Source: Macrostomum lignano (taxonomy: Eukaryota). From it: a DNA stretch of 42,436 nucleotides. The first letter of the stretch is position 1. The number at the start of each line of letters is the position of its first letter. Below are positions 33,701 through 42,436 of the stretch, one piece after another. The notes beneath the pieces are model-generated. The model was not told where the DNA came from. It saw nothing but the letters and a program-made list of their open reading frames with translations, and made no database searches. Made by a program: the position numbers and the translations under genes. Location: contig NIVC01004546.1 of assembly GCA_002269645.1 (NCBI GenBank), positions 1-42,436 of the forward strand, read 5' to 3'.

Positions 33701-36268
33701 TCCCAGACCCTCAGGCTGTACCCACCAGCCTCCCAGACCCTCAGGCTGTACCCACCAGCCTCACAGACCTTCGAGTGAACACCTTGAAGCAGCAAAGCCA
33801 TATAGCATCATCCCACTCTGCCAACAGGTGATCTGCGAAGTCGCCTTCTGCGGCAAGGCCGACGTTGACGCCGCCGTGGCCGCCGCCTCTGCGGCCTTCC
33901 ACTCCGGCGAGTGGGGCCGCATGAACGCGCGCGACCGCGGCCGTCTGATGTTCCGCCTGGCCGACCTGATGGAAGCCCACAAGGAGGAGCTGGCCACCAT
34001 CGAGAGCCTGGACTCCGGCGCGGTGTACACCCTGGCTTTGAAGACTCACATCGGCATGTCGATCGATTCGTTCCGCTACTTCGCCGGCTGGTGCGATAAA
34101 ATACACGGCCAGACAATCCCGATTAACCACGCCAGGCCAAACCGCAATCTGACCCTCACCATCCGGGAGCCCATCGGGGTGTGCGGCATCGTCACGCCCT
34201 GGAATTACCCGCTGATGATGCTGGCCTGGAAAATGTCCGCCTGTCTGGCTGCCGGCAACACTGTGGTAAGATTTTTTATCATAGCTCGTATCTAGTTTAT
34301 TTTTTGACTGGTCGACACTACTTAAAGTAGGCAAGTCGAGAATATGTGTGTTGTTTTTTGTGTCACCGCGTCAAAAATTCACTGTTTTTGTTTGCAGATT
34401 CTCAAACCGGCTCAGGTGACCCCGCTGACCTCTTTGAAGTTCTGCGAGCTGGTCGCCCGGGCCGGTTTCCCACCCGGCGTGGTGAACGTCCTGCCCGGCC
34501 CCGGCGCCGCGGTTGGCCAGTCGATTGCCGAGCACCCGGAGGTGCGCAAGCTGGGCTTCACGGGTTCAACTCCGGTCGGCCGCACCATTATGGCTGCCTG
34601 CAGCGCCAACGTGAAAAAGTGCAGCCTGGAGCTGGGCGGCAAGAGTCCCCTGATTGTCTTTGCGGACTGCGAGTTTGCCAAAGCAGTCAAAATGGCCTGC
34701 AACGGGGTGTTCTTTAATAAGGGCGAGAATTGCATTGCGGCCGGCCGCCTGTTTGTGGAGGCGTCAATTCACGACCGCTTTGTGGAGGCCGTCAAGGTTG
34801 AGGTGGGTTTGGACTGACCAGAACTGCCTGCTTTGCTGGGCCGGAATAGAAGCTGGTGGGCAGGCTTGGGTGGGGGTACAAGAGACAAAGAGAAGAGGAA
34901 AGCTACAGGGTGAGAAGAGGGTGACTACAGATGGTGAGGAGGGTAGCTATAGAGGGAGAAAAGAGTAGCTATAGAGGGAGAAGAGGGTCACTACAGAGGG
35001 GGAAGAGGGTCACTACAGAGATACAAGAGGGTTAGCTACAGAGGGGAAAGAGGGTAGCTACAGAGGGGGAAGAGGGTCACTACAGAGGGGGAAGAGGGTT
35101 ACTACAGAGGGGAAAGAGGGTCACTACAGAGGGGGGAGAGGGTTACTACAGAGGGGGAAGAGGGTCACTACAGAGGGGAAGAGGGGGAAGAGGGTCACTA
35201 CAGAGGGGGAAGAGGGTAGCTACAGAGGGGGAAGAGGGTCACTACAGAGGGGGAAGAGGGTTACTACAGAAGGCTTGCACGAAGAAGTAGATTAGGATTG
35301 AAATTGTTCCAGTTAAAGGAAATATGAGAGTCACGTGACCGATGGCGAACCCCGGCCTGATTGCTCCCGTCAGATCGCGAAGATGCGCATCGGCGATCCT
35401 TTGGACCGGGCCACCGACCACGGGCCGCAAAACCACCGGGCGCACCTGGACAAGCTGCTGGAGTACTGCCAGCGCGGCGTCTCCGAAGGCGCCAAGCTGG
35501 TCTGCGGCGGCCGCCGGGTGGCCGGCCTGCGCGGCTTCTTCATGGAGCCGACGCTGTTCACCGGGGTGCAGGACCACATGCACATCGCCCAGGAGGAGAG
35601 CTTCGGGCCCGTGATGATCATCTCCGACTTTCCCGACGGCGATATAGACGGAGTGCTGAGCCGCGCCAACGCCACGGAGTACGGCTTGGCCTCCGGCGTG
35701 TTCACCCGCGACATCTACAAGGCGCTGCGCGTCTCCGAGCGGATCCACGCCGGCACCGTGTTCGTGAACACCTACAATAAAACTGACGTGGCCGCGCCCT
35801 TCGGCGGATTCAAGCAGTCCGGCTTCGGCAAGGATCTCGGTTAGTCTTGACAGTTCACTATAGTACATATCGGTGGGGTCATTTGAGGTCACGGCTCTTG
35901 TCATTCATGTCGGCGGAGTGACTTCAGGTCACGGCTCTCTGGTACAGTCATTTAAGGATTGCTGTTATGGTCACCTACTTTGAGTGCGTTTTGACAGTTC
36001 ACTATAGACGTATTGATGGGGTCATTTGAGGTCACGGTTCTCTAAGTTCATTTAAGGATACGTCGATACGATGCAGCGTATCGGATGTTTTCACAGCTAC
36101 GTTTGTGGAGTCACGTCAGGACACGGCTCTCTGGAGGGTCATTTAAGGACACGTTTAGATTTCTTTAGGGACATTGTTAGGGACTACAATGCACAATTAA
36201 TCGATATTTCAGGCGAGGAGGCACTCAACGAGTACCTGAAGACAAAGACGGTCACTATGGAGTTTTGA
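27738..36268 (+). CDS. ALDH1L1: 10-formyltetrahydrofolate dehydrogenase (ALDH1L1/L2 family), about 919 aa, 10 exons
   Basis: Exons 27738..27864, 27965..28029, 28863..29032, 29111..29276, 32310..32756, 33204..33623, 33828..34265, 34398..34802, 35374..35839, 36213..36268 (2760 nt, all GT-AG, in phase). [12 protein letters not shown] start, hydrolase [10 protein letters not shown] and DDGLDTG, carrier-domain [66 protein letters not shown]1 versus L2 orthology not resolvable; no mitochondrial presequence seen. Confidence 0.96.
28090..28738. repeat. 27/30-bp minisatellite, ALDH1L intron 2
   Basis: GAAGAATCTCATGGGGTGTGAGAACGT and a 30-bp GTCATGAAAGT variant. Confidence 0.95.
29315..30627. repeat. 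16-bp minisatellite, ALDH1L intron 4 (5' part)
   Basis: AAACCCGAAATATCAC. Confidence 0.95.
31575..32185. repeat. 22/23-bp minisatellite, ALDH1L intron 4 (3' part)
   Basis: AACTCCCAGAACTAGAAATCCC. Confidence 0.95.
32836..33174. repeat. 35-bp minisatellite, ALDH1L intron 5
   Basis: AATGTACATTTGAACTTGAAATCTCGT(C/T)CC..(G/A)CC; period 35 (32852, 32887, 32922...). Confidence 0.95.
33645..33772. repeat. 30-bp repeat x about 4, ALDH1L intron 6
   Basis: CCCAGACCCTCAGGCTGTACCCACCAGCCT. Confidence 0.9.
34905..35270. repeat. 22-bp purine-rich minisatellite, ALDH1L intron 8
   Basis: CTACAGAGGGGGAAGAGGGT(CA/TA/AG). Confidence 0.93.
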
Positions 36269-37589
36269 GCTATCCGCTGTCAGAACTGGTTCCACCAACT
36301 CAAACTCTCAAATGTTTTTGTCTTAATCTTGGTTTTGCTCTGCTAAACATTTTCTTCCCTTGTTGGTTTGCATGATGTGTATCATTTTTCGCCAATTTCA
36401 TAAATACGGTTTGCCCCCGAGTTTAAGTCCTCGTGTCCATAGGTTTCGAAGTTGGTTTTTTACGCTTGAGTTATTTTTTCCTTTTTATTGTTTAAGTAGT
36501 CGGTTTCGGCAGTTAGCCATCGTGTGTCCCAATCATACCACTGTTAGTAGCTTGATCGGCAAAGTTCTTGAATATCGCCTTTATATTGTTTTACTGCAAT
36601 ATTAACAATAGCTACACCATTGCAAGTCATGCATCACGAACCCAAAACGCATCTTCAATAATGCCGCATTATGACGCTCTCGTCCATTGGTTGCTAGGCT
36701 GAATTACATCACTAAAACTGGCTGAATCATGCTCGAATGAATAAAAATTTCAATACGGACTTGATAAATAATCGAAAATTCAGGATGAATCATTTTTGCT
36801 AATCACATAAATTTTTGTTTCTAAGAATTTATATTCATTTGCACATAGTCCTACTAGCGTGGATCTTTTAGTAGCATAGTTTGTATGTGAACCGAATAAA
36901 TATAGTTTAGCAAAATTTAGCTAGAGAGCTAATAGTTTAACCGCAGTGTAACTTTTCTTAGAATTTCCGGCTTTTCAGCCTTGTTTCTAAGAAACGCTCT
37001 TAGATCGCCCCGGATTACTCCATTAGCGGCTGCAGTCCGCATTCGTTAGTAAACAGGGCTAAGCAAGCTGGCTGAGTGGAAAATTTCACTTTTCACTTTA
37101 AACAGGAAGTTTACAAACTAAGGCGCTTTGAACGCTTCGTCTGATAAACTGCTGGTTCGGCTGCCTATTAATGGCCATTCTTAAGCCTCTGCAGTTTTAA
37201 CTGGCAATTTATCAGAGTCGCGGGGGCGGTGGCTGGCCTGTCAAAGGTCAATAATTGCTGTAGCAGTGACCACAGTATGCATTGCATAAATATCTTTTTT
37301 CTAGCTCGTGTGGGCGTAAGGGCTGAACTTTCGCGAGTTTGACACCTGCTTCTTTGCATTTGCTTTTGCAATTTGCTTGCATCTCGATTGCTGCATTTAT
37401 TAACTATTCAGCCGTTTACATTCCAACTTCCCCATCTAAATAGCGCTTCAATATATCACTGCCTAATGAGGAACCTGGGGCAGACATTTCGAGGTTTGAA
37501 TCCCTTTACACTGGGTAGCTTATTCTAAATTTTGTGCTTGGATAGTTTTGCTTGTAAAGTTCTTTCGCTTCTGCATTAAAGTTCTAGGT

Positions 37590-38117
37590 GTCAGGGATGT
37601 TTACATTTTCGGGATGGTTAGGTTGTCGGGATGTTTAGGTTGTCGGGATGTTTACTGTGTCGGGATGTTTACTGTGTCGGGATGTTTACTGGGTCGGGAT
37701 GTTTAGGGTGTCGGGATGTTTAGGTGTCGGGATGTTTACTGGGTCGGGATGTTTACTGGGTCGGGATGTTTAGGTGTCGGGATGTTTAGGGTGTCGGGAT
37801 GTTTAGGTGTCGGGATGTTTACTGTGTCGGGATGTTTAGAGTGTCGGGATGTTTAGAGTGTCGGGATATACAGTTTGATGTTTAGGTGTCGGGATGTTTA
37901 CTGTGTCGGGATGTTTAGGTGTCGGGATGTTTACTGTGTCGGGATGTTTAGGTGTCGGGATGTTTACTGTGTCGGGATGTTTAGGTGTCGGGATGTTTAC
38001 TGTGTCGGGATGTTTAGGTGTCGGGATGTTTACTGTGTCGGGATGTTTACTGTGTCGGGATGTTTAGAGTGTCGGGATGTTTAGAGTGTCGGGATATACA
38101 GTTTGATGTTTAGGTGT
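37590..38117. repeat. 16/17-bp minisatellite
   Basis: TGTCGGGATGTTTA(GG/CTG/GAG). Confidence 0.95.
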
Positions 38118-38794
38118 TGTGACGGGCAGTTCTAAGGTTTAGGTGTCTTGTGAAGTTGGTCCTGTTACGCACCGTTAAATCAGACGTGCAGCTCCGAACA
38201 GAATGGCAATTATGTCCCCATCTGCTGCGGGATACTGGCTGGAGCATGAGTCGCCCTCTCCCCTGCCTACGTGTTTCAGGCACCCCACCCACGCATTGAT
38301 GCAGATTCTGACGGGAGACTGCAGCGCTCACCCGCCGCCGCCACTCTAAACACAGATTTCTCGCTTTTCCGTGCGAAAGAGCACGGCAGCGCCTGAGCCA
38401 GTCCAGCATGCTGCGCTGGGGGTTGGGGGCTTCTCCAGTCTATGATGGCGAGCCCGTGAGAGGCGTTTCTCAAGTCTGGAATTCGAACTCTAGCTGCACA
38501 TAAGAGCAGCGGGTGGGGTGGGAGGGAGTCAAATGTGTGCCGCTACTTGTACTCCAGTTTCGTGGTTTTCTGTGGGTTCTGTAGCGGGTTCTGTAGGTCT
38601 GTCGGTTTCCCTAAACAGCTGCTCGTGGAGCGGATGTGCTCAGAAGCGTGATTCGGCAGTAGTTCGAAATTTGCTGGTTTTATAAGCTGATTCCATGAAA
38701 TATTACGCCAAAAAATATGAAGCGAGCTATCCGTCTACATTTATGTTGTCTAACTGAAACCACTCAACACCTTTGAGTCAAACTCAAAAACTCA

Positions 38795-38940
38795 ATGTCA
38801 CTGCAGGCAAATATCACTGCAGGCAAATGTCACTGCAGACAGATGTCACTGCAGGCCAATGTCACTGCAGGCCAATGTCACTGCAGGCAAATGTCACAGT
38901 GGAGTGGGTGAACTGCAGGCCAATGTCACTGCAGGCAATT
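38795..38940. repeat. 16-bp tandem repeat
   Basis: AATGTCACTGCAGGC(A/C). Confidence 0.9.
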
Positions 38941-40080
38941 GTGAGCAGGTACTCGTAATTGTCGTTGAACCTGATTCGACTGTCTACTTTTTTCCGAAGC
39001 TGGTTAACAATAGAACATACCAAAGCGGGGATACTATTACCCACCTGACAACTGTCACGAACACGAGGCTAACTTTTTTTGCGCACCTTCTCAAACAGGA
39101 ATCAAGTCCCCAGCCCTCCGGACCGTCGAGATATTCAACGATTCTGCCAGAAGGTTGGATTTTCCTATAAGCGCTATAGTGTATTCAGTACACTCCTGTG
39201 CGCCAATCAGCACAGCGCCTCAGTGCCGCCTTGCAAAGCCTTCTAATTTCATCAGCACGTCGACCGGATGTGTCTGCATCAGCTCTGACTTCGTTGGTCA
39301 CTGGCCTGCATCCAGGCGGAGCTTCTGAACCTTCAACAGGTGGCATCAGGTGACTATATGGACACCCTGACACCTCAACCCTAACCCTAATCTAAATCGT
39401 GGGCAGTCAAATGTACATGTAGGGCTTCCAGCTGGTGGACACCGAATCATACTGCCGACAGGCGATGCAGGAGATGCTGCATGCTGCTGACACTGGCGTG
39501 TGCCCAATACCGCCCTGCGAGGACAGGCCTGCTGTGACGCCACCCAAGACCTGTGACGATCCGACAGGCTTTCCGCATTGTAGCGAAATTCAAGCTGAAA
39601 TTTGGCCCATGCAGCAGCGTCTTTCTGTTCGTGCGCCTGCATGCAGTCCTGCTGCTTGCTTTTACAGAGTTCACCCACTGCAACCAGCCATCATTTCTCA
39701 TGCAGTTTCGGCCTGAAACCAGACAACCCTGCAGAGCTATAGATCTGATCCTGCTTTTGAGCGAAAGCAGACCAACAATGCCAGTTTGGAGTGTGCAAGT
39801 TTAAAAATGCTCTGCAGGCTGGCTTCAAATCTGGTTTGCTGTGATGAGGCGCAAACTGCGCCAAAAAAGGTACTCGGATAAAGCAAGGAGAGTCTTGTGT
39901 AGCGAAGCTCTGGTGCACGGATTTAGAAAGCTGATATCCGTAATTTGTGCAAATGAAAATGCACCAGCGCAGAAGCAGCAGTAGCCGGTAGCAAAAATCC
40001 CTTTTTCAATTTCTTAGAACTAAATAACAAATAAACCCCGTTTTGTGGGACACTGCTTGCACAGCCCCGTGCACGTGGGT

Positions 40081-40363
40081 AGGGGGGGGGGGGACGTGTC
40101 CCCATCCCCTCAGTAAAAGCTATGGTGGGACATCATGGCTCATGCCAATGCTTTGCCCCCCCCACCCACCCAACCTTGTGATGGAAATCAATCATTTTGC
40201 TTCAGGGCGACAAAATATAGCGCCTGTGGTGCCAAAATGAGTGCCCGCGACGCCAAATGAGCGCAGACAACAATGATAATGAAATAATAAAAATAATGTA
40301 CAACTGTACATGTAGAATTCTTGGCTTGTCCTCCCCCACCAAAACATCCATGGAGAGGCCCCT
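40081..40363. mobile_element. Probable hAT-like MITE with damaged left TIR
   Basis: 8-bp direct repeat ACGTGGGT at 40073-40080 and 40364-40371; termini AGGGG.../...CCCCT, with G/C runs near both ends. Confidence 0.5.
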
Positions 40364-40637
40364 ACGTGGGTATGGGTAAGATTAAAACTTATTTTCTCTT
40401 TGTCACTTTCACACTCCCTAAGTCCCTAACAAAATGAACTGACCGCGCGCTAACAGAACGGGCAGGGGAGTGCAGTGGCGCATTCTTTCCTAACAAAAAT
40501 ATCTTGAAAGTCAAAAAATCATTTTCACCCCTAGCCTGGACTTCGACGAGACTAAGAATAAGAAGTACTTTCCTAGTGAAAGGAGAAATCCTATATACTA
40601 AAAATGAAATGTCTGTAACTAACTAGCTATGCGATAG

Positions 40638-40850
40638 ATTTCAGAAAAAATGGCTCAACCGATTTTCTTCAAACTTGCACCATTTGATCAGAAATTTTCC
40701 TGGCACGGTACATGCATCTTGGCTAAGAAATTGCTCAATGTTAAAGGGATTAAATATTCGAAAAACATGCTTTTTGCAAAGGTCAAGCAAAATTTTCGAC
40801 TTGAAATGCATTGTAAGAATGCTAGAGAAAAAACTGACTGGCTGAATTCC
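40638..40850. repeat. Dispersed repeat, inverted homolog of 13120-13340
   Basis: Same alignment; the two track ORFs (13059-13373 and 40650-40883) give near-identical peptides. Confidence 0.85.
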
Positions 40851-41044
40851 GATTGTGATAAAGATTGCATCACAACAAGTTGAAAACAGTGTCAAAGAAA
40901 TGCACACACGACTTGAATGAAATTGCGTAACCATATTGCCAACTTAAATTGAGACTGATTCTGGCTGACTGAGAAATTGATTATGTCATAACTTTTTACT
41001 CTAACTAACTTGCTGTAAGAATTGAATTATAAGGGCCACAATTC

Positions 41045-41112
41045 ATAGCCAAGATGCGAACAGACTGGAATGCTAATGTAGCGACCTGGGCTCGAATCTT
41101 AGTAGTGTAAAA
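41045..41112 (+). mobile_element. tRNA-derived SINE-like head, copy 2
   Basis: TAGCCAAGATG...CAGACTG.AATGCTAATGTAGCGACCTGGGCTCGAATC..TAGTGTAAA is collinear with 5662-5732. Confidence 0.5.
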
Positions 41113-41879
41113 AGATTTTTTTATCAAAACACCTTAAAAATACAAAACTGCTAAACATAATTGTTGTGTATGGACTTTTGGTTTAGCAAATGCACTAATG
41201 CTTCCCTTCTTTTGTATTCGGCATTGACTATTAATTTTTTACCTTTATGTTAAGACAAAATAATTAAATGTCCAACTGCGGCACTCTACTACAATATTGT
41301 TCCCTGTATTATTATATGCTACTATACGAGCGTACATGTAGTTGCGTCTCAAAATCATAAATTTTTGGTTGCTTTTGGACAAATATCTTCTTTTGCTTGA
41401 ACTTTAACTTTAACTTTCCCTTTAACTTTATAGTTCGAAATTAATTCAACAATAAACTGCATCTTTCTTCTGTGCCATTGTTAGTACATGAAAGTTGCTC
41501 TAGTGGTCGCTACAGAGTGCTACAGACTGAGTGAGTGCGCTATTTATTCCATGGTCAGCTCAGCTGACCATGTTCGGCAGGAAAGGAGCTGCAATTCTGC
41601 GCCTCACTGGCCATAGACTACCAATTTTTTTTCTTGTCACCTTCTATTCTATGGCTATGGTCAGCTCTGCTAGCCACCCGGCATCTAAGGGTTAAGAGCC
41701 GAAGGCTAACAGTATTACAAAGGGCAAACAAGACGTGCGCCGGCTAGAGGCAAATAAAGCTTGTGAACAGCTCGTATTTTAAATAATGCTTCTTTGACTT
41801 GACTTTGATGTCAGATGGTAGCCTGGAGGCAATAGTCGGTATAGAAGCAGAAGAAGAGGACATAACAATAATAGAAGCG

Positions 41880-42436
41880 CAATGTCAAACATAGAAGAGC
41901 CACCATGTCGAACATTAAAGAGCCAACATTTCGAATATAAAAGAGTTACCATGTCAAACATAAAAGAGCCACCATGCCAAACATAAAATAAGCACTATGT
42001 CTGACATATACGTGACTCCATGTCAAAGATTAAAAAGCCACCATGTCAAACATAGAAGAGCCACCATATCAAACCTAAACGAGCCACCACGTCTAATATT
42101 TAAGAGCCACCACGTCTAATATTTAAGAGCAACCATGTCAAACATCAAAAAGCCACTGGATAAAACATAAAAGAGTTACCATGTAGAACAAAAAACAGTC
42201 ACGATGTCGAACATAAAAGAGCCACCATGTAGAATATTAAAGAGCCACCATGAAGAACATTTAAGAGCCACCATGTCAAACATTTAAGAGCCACCATGTC
42301 GAACATTAAAGAGCCACCATGTCAAACGTTAAAGAGCCACCATTTCGAACATTAAGGAGCCACCATGTCAAACATATATGTGACTTTATGTCAAACATTA
42401 AAGAGCCACCATTTCGAAGCATTAAAGAGCCACCGT
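41880..42436. repeat. 23-bp minisatellite running off the window end
   Basis: AAAGAGCCACCATGTC(G/A)AACATT. Confidence 0.92.

Noticed and set aside
38110-39920. Short ORFs in the 38-40 kb region as a sixth gene
   Set aside because: No recognisable domain, no codon bias like the real exons, and no phase-consistent splice chain found.
7029-42436. Tandem arrays as CRISPR loci
   Set aside because: Units are head-to-tail with no unique spacers, sit in spliceosomal introns, and no cas genes are present.

Overview
Eukaryotic (invertebrate animal) genomic DNA with spliced genes. GC-rich exons and minisatellite-filled introns suggest a Macrostomum-like flatworm, but this is inference only. Five intron-containing genes were assembled by hand from GT-AG junctions and protein motifs. 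Minus strand: a secreted PAN/apple + fibrinogen-domain protein (2672-3960), CCT4/TCP-1 delta (6671-15575, with an apparent 1-nt frameshift at 7800-7803), an uncharacterised conserved-looking protein (17212 to >=20298) and TTC12 (21496-25719). Plus strand, divergent from TTC12: 10-formyltetrahydrofolate dehydrogenase ALDH1L (27738-36268). The main hidden feature is three tandem box C/D snoRNA paralogues (SNORD25/snR56-type, antisense to 18S rRNA AACAGGUCUGU) in CCT4 introns, two of them in one intron. About 20 minisatellites with different units fill most gene-body introns. First exons are AT3-rich and downstream exons GC3-rich. Mobile DNA: three MITEs with 8-bp TSDs, a decayed DIRS/Ngaro tyrosine recombinase, two tRNA-like SINE heads and a possible Mutator relic. 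No CRISPR or prokaryotic features; most long ORFs in the track are repeat-derived or antisense shadows.
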